64,000 bases of DNA from Psammoneis japonica (taxonomy: Eukaryota). The notes beneath the pieces are model-generated. The model saw only the letters and a list, made by a program, of their open reading frames with translations. It was not told where the DNA came from and made no database searches. The stretch spans positions 434,001 to 498,000 of the forward strand of contig QPGO01000019.1 of assembly GCA_008632985.1 (NCBI GenBank), written 5' to 3'. Each line of letters starts with the position of its first letter. Position 1 is the stretch's first letter. Shown in pieces: positions 45,862 through 58,289 of this stretch. Made by a program: the position numbers and the translations under genes.

Positions 45862-48800
45862 ATGGTCCAAGCTCAACGGTCCGGCGCTGTGTCTCTGTTG
45901 TTAGGTATTATTATGGCTTTCACAGCCGGCGCGGGTTCGTCACCAGTGTATGTCGGAGTCTACAATCAAGAAGGCTTTGGCGACAGGAACGGTGCAGAAA
46001 GGCCGTGTGACGATGAAGTAAAGAATATTATGTCCATCGTTCAGCACTTTGTTGATACAGATGAACAATTTGCTGACATTGTTGTGGATGGTTCCATCAC
46101 AGCGTTTGACGACCCTGCTCTTGCTTCAAAGCTGGATAGTCTCGCTCTTTTCATCATGCCAAAACTTGAAACTTACGACCTCAACGACATCGATGGGTGG
46201 GGGGATACGTCAAGGTCGATTTTGAGATCATATGTACAAAATGGCGGCACACTAATGATATCAATGGCAACTATGGCACCGCAGTTCTTGAATTCCATAT
46301 TTGGGTGGGATGTGAGCGAGTCTGGCCAATGCAAAGGGGCGCAAACGTCGCTAGTGGTGTCAAATGCGGAAGGTACTGCATTCCAAGATGGCCCATCCCC
46401 GCTTTCCTGCCTCACTGCCACGAGACCTTTTAACTGCGGTACAGTCACTTGTATGCCGATGTATGGAACTCCAAGCTATAATTTTGTTTCAATGATTCCT
46501 TTCGGATCGGGTGTGATAATATCATTCAGCTGGAGTTTCTTCAAGAGTGGATATGCGGCAGCAACACCACTAGGCATGCACGAGAACTGCGCATATAGAA
46601 CGAGAACGTGGGCAACCGAGATTTTTCCTCGGACTATTCTATACGCCCAATCACTTGCCGTGTCTGTTACACCTCCAACGAATTCGCCAACCAGGCCAAC
46701 GGATGCTCCCACGTCGCTCAGTTCTGGATGTACTGACGTTCTAAAGGGATGGCATGATGCGGGTGGAGAGCAGTACAACTGTGAGTGGTACGGAACGGCA
46801 GATAATTGTGAGCAGTACGGCGACTTGTTCAGAAATGTTGGATTGACCGCAAACGAAGTGTGCTGTGCTTGTGGTGGTGGACGCGTTGTCGGGGAGACCG
46901 AGTCTCCAACTCAAGGGCGGCTTCCGACGCCAAAGCCAACTCGGCCTCCCTCTGAAACTCCTACTCCAGCTCCTTTGCCGACTCCGCCTCCATCTCCGTC
47001 ACCTAGTCGAACTCCCACGCCGCCACCAACGCTGCCGCCAACTCCTGAGCCAACACCAATACCGAGCAACGAACCTACTCCACCACCTACTCTAGTGCCG
47101 ACTCCACCACCAACTCCCAAGCCATCTTCGACCCCAACCAGTATGCCCACACCAATTTCAACAGCGTTGCCGACTTCAAGTCCGTCGCCAGCTCCAACTT
47201 CCTCGCCTACGAAAAAACCCACAGAGAAACCGACAGTGGCACCCACTGCAGGTCTAACTGCACCGCCAACCAATCGACCGACCCCTGAGCCAACGCTCCC
47301 ACCGAGCAACGAACCTACTATGCCACCTACGCCTACACCACCACCTACTGCAGTGCCGACTCAACCACCAACTCTCAAGCCATCTTCAACCCCAACCGGT
47401 ATGCCGACACGAATTTCAACAGCGTTGCCGACTTCAAGTCCGTCGCCGCGTCCAATTTTCTCGCCTACGAAAATACCCACAGAGAAACCGACCGTGGCAC
47501 CCACTACAGATCTAACCGTACCGCCAACCAATCGGCCAACTCCTGAGCCAGCGTCATCATCTACGAGTGAGACAACAATAGCACAAACATTGACGCCAAC
47601 AAAAAATCCATCCTCAACTCCCACTGCGCATCCGGTCGAGAACGCTACACGAATGCCATCACGGGAACCGACAGTGCCTCCCACCCCTGCTCCTTTAGCT
47701 AGTTCACCCCCAATGATCACCATATCCCCGGCTTTACGCACAACTATTAGGCCAACGTCACTAATGACGATTGCTCCTTCCAAGGATACCGCGATAGTTT
47801 GTGGCAAGTGTAAGCGAAACGGGTGTTTTGAAGCTGTGACCAATGATAACTTGTCAAAATGCTTAAAATTTGAATGCTCGTCGAGGATCAATTGCCCTAG
47901 CTACCAGGACCTTCAGAAAGCCGACAATGACAAAACAGTTCCGACTGAACTCCTTGGGACTGGTCGGGGGTGCTCTGCCAACAGCGATTGCATTTCAAAC
48001 ACGTGTCGAAACGGTGCTTGTATGGCGTCTTCTGACTGCTATCCAGTTAAACACAAATATGGTAGACCGTTTGACACCAACAGTATCAATGTGGTGTTTG
48101 TGGCGTCTGCATTCAGCAAAAGCACAATTGATGCATGGCGAACTCAGGTCGACAGTACCTACCGGTTCTTTAGAAGATTCAACATGTTTTCTGATCAAGT
48201 GGAATCACTCAATATCTTTTATGTCGATCCGATTCTTTCATCTGACGGCGAATCGCTCTCATTCTGTAACTTTGGTTGTAACGGTATTGCTCGACTGCTC
48301 TGTTGTGATGTCAACCAAGTACACAGCTTGGCCAGTAAATGTTTCCCCGTTGGTTCGAACGTCCAAACCGTGGTGGTTCACAACTCTCCCACCTATGGCG
48401 GAGCAGGATACACCGAGGCAAATATTGCAGCAATCTCTATGCATGCAGCATCACCTTTTGTTGCCGTGCATGAGCTTGGTCACTCGCTATTTGAATTGGC
48501 TGATGAATACTCTTATGGTAATGGCAATGATTCCGAGCCAAACTGTGACGCTACTGGAAGTTGCGACAAGTGGTCAGATCTTATTGGAAGAAAGAATACT
48601 CCCGCTGGTTACGAAACCGTAAGATGTATTCCAGGTTGTGGGGGGAACAAGTACTACGTTGGAACCAATTCCTTCATGGATGATTTTATGAAGCCAGTTG
48701 GAGCTGTTAATGATCGTTTTACTTGCTGCACTTATCTTGCCTTGACAAAAAGTATGCCTTCTTACTGTCTTGTGTTTGATACTTCGCCTGGCTACCTGCT

Positions 48801-49299
48801 ACAATACTGCCAAACTAATGATTACCAGCGATATGGAGCTTCAAATTATGACACTGAAGATCTTATGGCCATCCCTGGCTATACGAGCCAAGACAAAGCA
48901 ACTGCCAAGTATAGACGGGTATCGAGTCCGGTTCTAGTAACCATCACCCCAAAAGTGAAACGGATGGGTAAGACGGTCTTCAGGGCAAAGAAGACCACAT
49001 TGACAACGGGCATGTTCCCTATATCTCAGATTGAGGGTGATTTTTCAAGTCCTAAGGAGGCCCACAGAATGGGAGCCGAATCTATACTAAAAGTCATGAT
49101 CATATATCGAACCGGGAAGGAGACACTGCTCTTTTCGCTTAACACCACGATCGAAGTGCCATTTCCTGACCCAGACGACAAAACTTCACCACGAGACAAG
49201 CTTCTTCGTGTCTCTGAGAAGGCCACAGCAATTGAATTGGTCGTGGATACGAAAGGTCGGGCATTGAAAAAGATTCGCACAAAACTAATGAATGTGTAA
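45862..49299 (+). CDS. Secreted/surface protein with Pro/Thr mucin-like stalk and peptidase M64 (IgA peptidase-like) zincin domain
   Basis: Signal-like N-terminus; Cys-rich module (C.WY...CCACGGG); PT repeats; YGGAG and HELGHSLFELADEY. Confidence 0.85.
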   Translation: MVQAQRSGAVSLLLGIIMAFTAGAGSSPVYVGVYNQEGFGDRNGAERPCDDEVKNIMSIVQHFVDTDEQFADIVVDGSITAFDDPALASKLDSLALFIMPKLETYDLNDIDGWGDTSRSILRSYVQNGGTLMISMATMAPQFLNSIFGWDVSESGQCKGAQTSLVVSNAEGTAFQDGPSPLSCLTATRPFNCGTVTCMPMYGTPSYNFVSMIPFGSGVIISFSWSFFKSGYAAATPLGMHENCAYRTRTWATEIFPRTILYAQSLAVSVTPPTNSPTRPTDAPTSLSSGCTDVLKGWHDAGGEQYNCEWYGTADNCEQYGDLFRNVGLTANEVCCACGGGRVVGETESPTQGRLPTPKPTRPPSETPTPAPLPTPPPSPSPSRTPTPPPTLPPTPEPTPIPSNEPTPPPTLVPTPPPTPKPSSTPTSMPTPISTALPTSSPSPAPTSSPTKKPTEKPTVAPTAGLTAPPTNRPTPEPTLPPSNEPTMPPTPTPPPTAVPTQPPTLKPSSTPTGMPTRISTALPTSSPSPRPIFSPTKIPTEKPTVAPTTDLTVPPTNRPTPEPASSSTSETTIAQTLTPTKNPSSTPTAHPVENATRMPSREPTVPPTPAPLASSPPMITISPALRTTIRPTSLMTIAPSKDTAIVCGKCKRNGCFEAVTNDNLSKCLKFECSSRINCPSYQDLQKADNDKTVPTELLGTGRGCSANSDCISNTCRNGACMASSDCYPVKHKYGRPFDTNSINVVFVASAFSKSTIDAWRTQVDSTYRFFRRFNMFSDQVESLNIFYVDPILSSDGESLSFCNFGCNGIARLLCCDVNQVHSLASKCFPVGSNVQTVVVHNSPTYGGAGYTEANIAAISMHAASPFVAVHELGHSLFELADEYSYGNGNDSEPNCDATGSCDKWSDLIGRKNTPAGYETVRCIPGCGGNKYYVGTNSFMDDFMKPVGAVNDRFTCCTYLALTKSMPSYCLVFDTSPGYLLQYCQTNDYQRYGASNYDTEDLMAIPGYTSQDKATAKYRRVSSPVLVTITPKVKRMGKTVFRAKKTTLTTGMFPISQIEGDFSSPKEAHRMGAESILKVMIIYRTGKETLLFSLNTTIEVPFPDPDDKTSPRDKLLRVSEKATAIELVVDTKGRALKKIRTKLMNV

Positions 49300-50367
49300 G
49301 CCCATCTGTGGTTTCCTCTCATCCAATAGTTTAACCCTGTTGATCAAGTCCAGAGAAACGATAAGAGTACATTGAAGTGTGCGGATTGAGTGCTCGCATG
49401 ATTGGAGGGTGGACGATATAGAGTACCGGTACACATTCATCGAAACTGAAGAAGACTTGGAGCGTTCGTTGATGGCATCCACGGTATTGTAAATTGTTAC
49501 CCCATGCAGGATAGACATGGACGATTAACGATTACCTGAAGAAATGAAACTTCCACCTGGACGACCTCGCGCACGCGTTGCGTGAAAGACACACGAACTT
49601 CTTTCCTTTTGCGTCGCTCGTCACATTAGCGGTGGACCCAGAACTCTCGGTAAGGATACAACAATCGGAAGGACGAAGAGGAGTCCAAGGCATTCTTTGC
49701 CTCGAGCTTTTCCTCAACACTCACACTTTTCCTTTTGTTTATCATCTCAAGAGGTTCCTTGTAGAAATACACAGGAGTGCTCAAACTAGGTGGTTCCTCC
49801 CACACACCTTCGGAACAAAACGTGGAAGAAAGGTCATTTGGCAAAAGCAGCTGGGCAATCTTGCACAAACATCGATGATTCCCATCCCGAGGGAGGGTTG
49901 AACTCAAGTAGGTTAAGTTTGTCCGTTTCTCAACAAGCAAACTTATTTCGACAAAGGGTCTTTTCTTGAAGAATATTTCGTGCATGGCTTGGAGGTCTTT
50001 CATGGGTTCTACTTTGCGTTCACCCGAAAATTGGCATGGTCGGTACAACTCATTGAGTACCGCCAATCGGAAGCTTCTAATTCCATATATTTTCAACATT
50101 TGTCCGGCTTTTGAACGCTTCGTTGAAATCCATGTATAGCGTCTAAAACTGATGCACCTTTCATCGCTTCTCACTGTTGCTGGGGTTTAGAGACTCCCTC
50201 ATCCTACAATACAAAAGAACTGTAATTACTTTTTCGACAATGGCAACCATCAAGCTAGTGCCGAGCCTTGACGTCTTCGTCCCGGTGGTCGCATCTTTCC
50301 GGTTGCTCTTTCAAGCTGTCACTTCGTGTGTGATTGAGCAACCCCAGGCCTGAGGCTCGCTTTGCCC

Positions 50368-51290
50368 CTAGGGTGCTGCTGCTTCGTTATTAAAGCTGCA
50401 GGCATACTTAACTTGCTCCACTTGAAATCGTTCCATCAAGACGTCCTGGATATGATAGCCATATTCGTTTGACATTATTTTGAGGGCAATTCGAACGTCA
50501 CGTTCGTTCACCTTGGCCAATCGTTCCCACCAAAACAAGCTGTCCTGATCATGTTCTTCCGTCCTTCCATTGCTATTTATAGTTTGGTTCATCGATTAGA
50601 GAACTGTCCGCAGTGTATCCAGGTTGGGGCACGGTTCCCCAAGATAAACTTCTAAACACAAGTCCCATGTGTGGATTGGATCGGTCGACAAATCCTCGAT
50701 CGAAACACGCCAAGCTGCTTGCTGCGAAACAAACGAGTTGCGATTGTGATCCAATGATGGAGTGCAAGGGAACCATACACTTGGCTGCTGATATTCTCAT
50801 AATGACGGTAGTCGCATTCAGTTCCATCGCCAAGGAAATCTAAGCTCTCCCACCCGTCAATCATTTTCAGCAAAAAACCCGCAAAATGTGGCATCGATTT
50901 TCAGCGCGCAAGACGAGACTTCACCGTACTGTAGATAGAGGTTCACGGACCAAGTGGACCACTTTTTCAACCCTCAATGCAAAGAGACTTTCTTTTTTGA
51001 CTTTCTGTCGAAATGCGTGAAAATGTTCCACCCAAACCGATTCAAGCAATTACAAACAAACGTTGTGCCACTGCGCCCCACACCGGCAATCAGTAGAGGT
51101 CTATCTTCAGCGTCCGTCTGGTCGGCAAGACTGTAGCTATGAAAGACAAGGTCGTCGAATAAAATGAAATATCGCGAAATCGGGTTCTGTTGTGGTACTC
51201 TTTCAGATTTATTTGTAAAGCTGCGAATCCAATTGCTTGCTCGCCTCTGAGTGTACCTATAGAACAAAGTACCAAGGTACCTCTCAACTC
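50368..51290 (-). pseudogene. Sulfotransferase-like gene, fragmented
   Basis: LLIAGVGRSGTT (PAPS loop), VHLVREPL, ALHHW and C-terminal EYGY spread over several frames. Confidence 0.65.
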
Positions 51291-52078
51291 ATCATCTTTC
51301 TCGTCTTTGTCTGATCTGGAACAAAAAAGGAAAAGGGGATCTTGAATACCGTAAGGTTACAGTATCGTTCGCCGGGAGCGGGCGACAAGCGACACAACGG
51401 TACAAACCGATAATCATAATCACACTGCACTGTAAAACGGCTACTGTACATACAGTGTAGAGAGTAAAGGTATGTAGAGGTACAAGCTTACTGCTTTTCG
51501 TACCGACCCCAGTAGCATTCTACGTTACGTACCAGAATTTTTAATTATTTATATAGTCATTCATATATCATTACGAATTGACAGCCACCGGGTTTTTCGC
51601 ACGCGACACCACCACGATGACACGTTCCGTCGAACGAGTTCGGGCCCACCCTGAATAGTTACCAAGCCATTTGGGTACAGCTATATCAATGAGGTACTTG
51701 CGGATCATATATGTCTCATTGGCTTGGTAATTCTTGGTGGTTGACAAATAAACGACGGCAAAGGATTCACGTGTTGTTTTGTCGTGCTTTGGCGTCAAGA
51801 GCCAGGTTAGTCGAGTTAATCCTCGTAGAAAACCTACGTAGGCCTACTCTGAGCCACAAGCGCGCGTAATAAGCTTGTAATGATCGTTATTAAATATTTT
51901 TCGATTATACGTACACTTTAGTCGTACCGGTACATTCGTTTTTGTCACTGAAACGGACAACACTCGTAATTAAGTAACGAATATCAATTGAAACTTGAAA
52001 CCAACAAACTCACAACTCACAGTGCATCATGCATCATGGGCCGCATCAACACGCTCGTTTACACAATATTCCACCACA

Positions 52079-54626
52079 ATGATTTCCGTGAAAAGGAGAA
52101 ATGCAGAAAGAGATATTCGTAAGAAGCAGTTGTTGACACTGGTTTCGTTTAGCGCCATCATGGCATGCTGCAATCTGGTACCCAGCTTCTTCCTTTCAGT
52201 TCTCGAGGAGTTTCCTGCCGGCATCTTTCCCCTAGTATGGACGTCCTGGATACTTGCACCCATCTGAATAAGTATGCAGAGGCCATTCAGCCTCTTCCAG
52301 ACAATGGAACGGGGCTTCAAAATGTCCTCCACGGCTGCGGAGATACAGATCTTGCGGTCGATGAGATTCAACTGCACGTTATCGGGTGGCGAAGAGCTCA
52401 ATCTCTTCGGATTCTTCTCGAGCAGCTCTCTTACGCCAACTACAGTGGCTGGACAATACGTGTACCACTTTATATACATGTGGACGGAGAGAGTGATGAA
52501 CAAACTCGGAAACTCGTAGAAACTTTTAATTGGACCCATGGCCCTACGCATATCGATATCAGACAGAAGAATGTCGGTCTTCGAAACATGTGGCTTGATT
52601 CCCTCGGACCAGCTGCGCGTGCATCTGGAAACAATACGCTCCTCGTCGTCTTTGAAGACGACATGCGTGTTTCCACGTCGTATTTCCAATGGCTGTTGAA
52701 GGTTGTCTATGAGTATGGGCGAAACAGATACTGTCGTGATTCTAATCTTGTCGGATACTCGCTGAGTCCTATCCGGGTAGAAGAAATGAGAACTCCTTTT
52801 ACTCGTTGGAATGCTAGTGAGGCTCTTGGAATGTGTGGTGATGATGATGTTCGTCATCTAGCTTATCTTTCCGTGCTTCCCTCCAGCTGGGGAGCTGCAT
52901 ATTGGAGTGATCAGTGGACTGAGTTTGCCAAGTTTGTAGAGTTTCGGATGCAATCTCCATTTTATGACGTGAAAGCTGAAGAATCAGTTCAACTTGTTAA
53001 CTACGATGACCTCCAATTGACTCCCAAAGAACTCTATATCCCGGATGCTCGCAGCAATGTCTGGCCCAGGAGTTGGAAGCGTTTCATGGTTGATTTCATG
53101 TACGCTCGGGGTCTAGTCATGCTTTACCCTAATCTGCCTAACGAACATGGTCTCGCCACAACTCTATGCGCGCAAGGTGAACATGTGAGCAACAACACAG
53201 GAGCTGAGGTAAATCCTCGAGTCGCTGAACTGTTCATGGATCACATGACAAGCCTAACGGACCTAGGACATCTTCCCCGTTATAGTGATTTGGCTGTCCT
53301 TGGACTACATCTCCAGCCCACTACCCGGGAACGCATTGTATCGGATGGTGCCAAGTTTTTGATGGGCATCACTTCCAAATGTAAACTTTGTAGCTCGTTG
53401 GTACAGGTTTGGAAAAGGCCAGACATGACGCTCAGACAAGATCAGAACGAGATTCCGATTATTTGCGCCCCCGACTTGTACACACCGTCAGCTTTCGCAG
53501 CAGCGCAGAATCGCCATCGACCCGAAACTGATTCACGTTACTTGCTCTTTGAGCCTCAATATGGCGGCAATAACCAGTTTTATGCACTTGTTGAGGCATA
53601 TTTCTTGGCTCGGGCCCTGGACCGGCGGCTCGTCCTGCCACCCATCTTTCTTCCGAGAGTAAGCCAGATTGACAGTTCAAATTTGAAAATCGAAAATTGT
53701 TCTGCCATGGAAGATTTCTTTGAAGTTTCCGAAGCTGCCAACTGGCTCCCACAAGATCGACGACTCGATGCCGGTGCTCCACCATTGAGAAACATTGGAT
53801 TTGGCGAATTTCTGACTGAGAATACCATAGTTTCGCGTCTCCTCCGAATGACACGTGTTGCTATGTTTGACAAAACTTCTCGGACACTTACAAAGGTACT
53901 GAATCACGGGGACAGCGAGAATGAAATGGCAATGATCGATCTGCAACATCTTTTGATCCTGCAGGAAGCAGTGTTGAGCATGTGCAGCATATGCTCGGTG
54001 GTTGCAATGACGAAGTTCTCGCTTTTGAAGGTACATTCTATTCTCATATAATTGACGTGGACGCGAGAAAGTTAATGCCAGAAGTGATGCCCCTTAGCCA
54101 AACTGCAAATTACATTTACCAACGGGTGAAATCCAAGGTCTTCAGAGAACTGGAGACAAGGAGATTTGGCTGCTTTCATGTCCGACTGGGTGACTTCATC
54201 CCAATGTGCAGCACTATAGACGTTGCCAACGGAAATTCAAGTGTCAAAATACCACAACCATGGGTCAATATTGTGAAAGAATTCTCTTGCAAAGTCACAT
54301 CGGAACAACTGAGTTTTGCCATTTCACGGTACGGAGGTCCAGCGTTTGTCATGACGAATGACGCGGGAGCACTGTCGGAAATATTAGGAAACTTGCCCGT
54401 AAAGTCTGTTTCGTCCGCGTGGGTAAATCAAGCAGTCTCAACGTTGCTGCCCACAAACACAAAAGCTAATGATCTTGAAGTTTTCTCTTTGATCGTGGAG
54501 CAACAGCTCTGTGCAGACGCCGAGGTGTCTTTTTTGAATAAGTTCAGTACTGTCAGCGCGAGGGTCATCAGTTTACGACGGGGCAAAGGGTATAGGTACT
54601 GGAGACAGAATGAGTCGCGCAGCTAG
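52079..54626 (+). CDS. GT-A glycosyltransferase fused to an O-fucosyltransferase-like domain; two apparent frameshifts (~52200, ~53970)
   Basis: N-terminal TM; VVFEDD..VS, SSWG, SWKRF; then G.NNQ, L.RRLVLPP, HVRLGDF, VEQQLC..A...STVS. Confidence 0.7.
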
Positions 54627-55238
54627 ACTCCTATGGCGAGCCAAGCTTGTTCATTTTACGAATAGTGAAAGTTCAGATTTTGTTAAACTTCATTTTAACA
54701 TCAAAAGCTGTGTGTTTCTTTAAAAGGATGCTCTCCAGGTCACCAGCAATTGACGTTGTTCCAATCTGATACTGTAGGTGGTCTTTCACACGCCCTCTAG
54801 CTAATGCTGGCGATCGATTGTGTCGAATCCATGGTTCGTTACTGACACCACCCAGTCTATGTGATGTTCGAAGCAAATGAGCATTACGAAAACAAGATAT
54901 TGCTTACCAAGCAAAGGTTGTAGATGCCATGCAAAGGTAATAGACAAAACTGTAAATGCTAAGAAATAAGGTAAACAGAAGATCATCTCTCGTTTCGTGA
55001 ATCGTTGTAGACTTGTCGGCAACGCGGTGAGGCGTCTTCAATCGTGCGCCACGCCGGAATGCTGCAGACCACAAATAGCGGCCCATTTCGGAACGGACTG
55101 AACGAATTTTTGTTCTTGTTGATATGTGGAGACTGCCACAGATGCGGACCGAGCCAATGAGAATTTTCAAGCCACAATGGGAATCTCGAATCTCCCTTTG
55201 TCGATACCTGGAGCGGTTCTCTCCGATACAAATTCATA

Positions 55239-58106
55239 CTATGTTTTCCGCCTTCTTCTCACAAGCGTCGCTGTCGCTCGCTTCATTCTTAGCTCGACGT
55301 CTGAATGATCCACCGCAACCAAGGATGATTCAACACCAGCTTCTGATTCAATCTGGTGGCCGACGCTTTCGATTTCGCTCGTTTTGTCAAGCTGACTAGA
55401 CTCTTCGGACTCTGTCACGCTCACCGCTTGAACACTGCTAGCCTCTGTGTCTTTGAAGAAATCGGGTGGAGCATCCTCCAACTCCAACTGAGGATGGTGA
55501 ATTCTCATATCCACCAACATGGACGCAATCATGATGTCTTTGTTAGCAAAGGCCTTGTTGTCCATGTCGTCGTTGTCGTCATCGTCTTGTCTGTCTCCAT
55601 CCGCATCAGCATTGTTCATCAGTCCTTGTCGTATCCGTGCCGACAGTCGACGCACTGGCGTAAATACAACTTTTTGCCGATACCTCCAAAGCAAAAACAC
55701 CACACACGCTCCCACAAGGCTCCCCAATGACACCACGATAATCTTGACCACACGACTCATTCCAGAACGTTGGTTGGTGAAATTCTCGGGTGACGCATAG
55801 TAATAATCCGACAAGAGGGGCGACGCCGAATCCGCCACCTCGTCATGAAACAACTGTGCCGCAACTTGATCCTCGGAATAAATATCTCCACACGGACCCA
55901 ACGTGGTTCCGGTAATATTGGTGACGTTGCAAAGACACTCACCCGTGGCGTAATCACAAACACCATTGGTTCCCAAACAATCGCGTCGACAATAAAAGGT
56001 GGGACAGACGCGTCGTGGATCGGGACAAATCACCGTGTCGTCGCTATTGTCCAGTGACAATTGTTGTCGAGCAAAATGACACTTTTGCCATGTCCGTCGT
56101 CCCGTTTTGATTCTCAACGAGCGGTCCTTCATGACACAGGCAATGGGGAGACAAAGTGCAAGAGTATCGTCATTGACAATGCCCGTGACACACCGTGAAT
56201 TCTTGACTCCAAACTCTTCCGCCTCGTGTACCCTCAGGAATTCTTGATTTTCGGCAATCTTGCACAGGCCATTGGCAAAACCCGTGTACACGGGACAATA
56301 ATCCATGAGCGGCTCGGTTCCACCAATGCGAGCGTTTTCCTCAAAGTATTGAAACGGCACTGGCAGATCCTCCTCATGCATAGTCAAGGAGCAGACAGCT
56401 TTGCGTTGCAAATCCGCCGAACAGCCATTGAGTTCCAAGAGCGTTCCTCGTTGCTGTGCCGACACACCCTTGCTACAGAAAAAGGGCCTATTGTCCAGAG
56501 ACACTTTTTCATTTTCAGAAATGCACGGTTCGTTCACAAACTCACACCCGGCCCGTCGTCCCCATCCCGACGAGAATTGTGCACGTTCCAAATCCACTTG
56601 ATACCATCCCGAATCGGCAAAGAGTGCCAACGTCATGGGGGATATACGAAAGGAATACGGCACCTCATCGACGAGCGCACTCATCAGGTCCGTTCGTAAT
56701 ACGCGTCGTTCCCAATGATTCCCAATGCAATTCTCATCGGAACTTTCCAATTCCGCACCCGACAGCGACGGACAATCAAAGTGATTGCGTGCAACTTGAC
56801 GAACCGATGGTGTGACAATTTCCGCAACACGGACACCACCACGGACGTTTCGGAATTGCAATACATTAGAAGAGGGTAATGGCACGAATTCCGTTCGATT
56901 GTTTTGTTCGTTGGGTGATGGTCCCGTGCAATTCACCTCCACGTCCAATACATCTCCCGTGGTTTCGTCTCGTGGTGTCATGGGCGTACCATCGGCATGA
57001 CGAAAGTAGGCAAAACTCTGTGCATTAAATCCCAAGGCATGACCAATCTCATGCATGACAGTCACGACATGACGATTAATTCTGGAAAAGAAAAAATCCG
57101 GATCGATACACAAGTGTAGCATGGCTGCCGTGGGACGGTCGTATTGATCCGTGGCGCAATACGCGGCCGATGCCACGGCACTGGGATCAAGACACGGTGG
57201 CAAGTGACTCCACCATGCCAAATGTGGACTGTTCTCACCACGGTCACCCACCAATCCCGGTAACCGTGGTAACGATTCTTCTTGGAATTGTGCCTCGTCC
57301 GGCAAGACAAAGCCCAGCGACAAGTACAAAATCAAATCCGTTTCGGGAATGCCCTTGACAAAGTGTGTCGGCGGTATCTCGACAACACCACCGCATGTGC
57401 GATTGTCATGGAGTTGATTGGGATCAATCGTCAAATTGCCAAGAACGGGAATCACACGTAAAGCCGAACTCCACGCCAACATGGCGGGACTTAGGATTTG
57501 TTCCAACAAGGTCAAGCGTTCGTGTTCTTTTAAAAATTCTCCATCTTGCGACAAGATGGCTCGAATCCGAATCGGTTGATAGGCAGTGGATATGGATGTA
57601 GTCGTCTCATTGTTGTTGTTATTGTTGTTGCTGGGTGTGGATGATGTAACGACGGACGTGCTATTTTCGGTGGAGTTGGTGGAATTGTTGTATTCCACCT
57701 CGGTGGTTAAATTGTATCCGTTGGCTTCTCCGGGTAATTCATCCTGAGGGAATTCTTCTTCTTCCAATTGTGTTGTTGTATTTTTATTACTGAATTCTGT
57801 TGTTGTTGTTGTTGTATTTTTATTACTGAATTCTGTTGTTGTTGTTGTTAGTTTTCGTGTGTTGATCGTATCCACCATCCATCCCCAATCCTTGTGGTGT
57901 TGCAACAGGCTGCGCTGCTGCCGTTGTTGTTCCTGTTGCTGTTCTTGTGTTTCAGGCAGATAAAACTTGCTGTGTTTCAGCGGTCGATTGTACTTTAACG
58001 GGCGAGTGGTCGGTTTGACACGGTGTTGTGGAATGGTGGCATGGGTATTATTTGATGCTAGCAACAACAAACCGAGCCAAGCACGACGGCGACGGAGCTG
58101 CGCCAT
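55239..58106 (-). CDS. Leishmanolysin-like metallopeptidase (M8), single exon, TM-anchored
   Basis: DQYDRP, HEIGHALGF, HWERR, TLALFADSGWY, WGRRAGCEF, DYCP, TM segment. Confidence 0.93.
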   Translation of the reverse strand: MAQLRRRRAWLGLLLLASNNTHATIPQHRVKPTTRPLKYNRPLKHSKFYLPETQEQQQEQQRQQRSLLQHHKDWGWMVDTINTRKLTTTTTEFSNKNTTTTTTEFSNKNTTTQLEEEEFPQDELPGEANGYNLTTEVEYNNSTNSTENSTSVVTSSTPSNNNNNNNETTTSISTAYQPIRIRAILSQDGEFLKEHERLTLLEQILSPAMLAWSSALRVIPVLGNLTIDPNQLHDNRTCGGVVEIPPTHFVKGIPETDLILYLSLGFVLPDEAQFQEESLPRLPGLVGDRGENSPHLAWWSHLPPCLDPSAVASAAYCATDQYDRPTAAMLHLCIDPDFFFSRINRHVVTVMHEIGHALGFNAQSFAYFRHADGTPMTPRDETTGDVLDVEVNCTGPSPNEQNNRTEFVPLPSSNVLQFRNVRGGVRVAEIVTPSVRQVARNHFDCPSLSGAELESSDENCIGNHWERRVLRTDLMSALVDEVPYSFRISPMTLALFADSGWYQVDLERAQFSSGWGRRAGCEFVNEPCISENEKVSLDNRPFFCSKGVSAQQRGTLLELNGCSADLQRKAVCSLTMHEEDLPVPFQYFEENARIGGTEPLMDYCPVYTGFANGLCKIAENQEFLRVHEAEEFGVKNSRCVTGIVNDDTLALCLPIACVMKDRSLRIKTGRRTWQKCHFARQQLSLDNSDDTVICPDPRRVCPTFYCRRDCLGTNGVCDYATGECLCNVTNITGTTLGPCGDIYSEDQVAAQLFHDEVADSASPLLSDYYYASPENFTNQRSGMSRVVKIIVVSLGSLVGACVVFLLWRYRQKVVFTPVRRLSARIRQGLMNNADADGDRQDDDDNDDMDNKAFANKDIMIASMLVDMRIHHPQLELEDAPPDFFKDTEASSVQAVSVTESEESSQLDKTSEIESVGHQIESEAGVESSLVAVDHSDVELRMKRATATLVRRRRKT

Positions 58107-58289
58107 GGTGTTCTTATTTATTGCGTTGTGGTTGTGTATGTGTTGTGTCGTGTGTGTTGCTCACGTCAGAAGATCCGGATTGAAACATTCATACATCTTC
58201 GTGATCTAATAAATTTAATTGAATAAATAAGACGCATATGTCATTATGTCCGTTGAATGTCCGTTGAATGGTTAAGATGAAACTTTGTA

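Noticed and set aside
46911..47891. Gly/Val-rich minus-strand ORFs
   Set aside because: Antisense shadow of the Pro/Thr repeats.
49300..50200. Fragmentary minus-strand ORF (182 aa)
   Set aside because: Possibly a gene remnant, but no motif I can assign.
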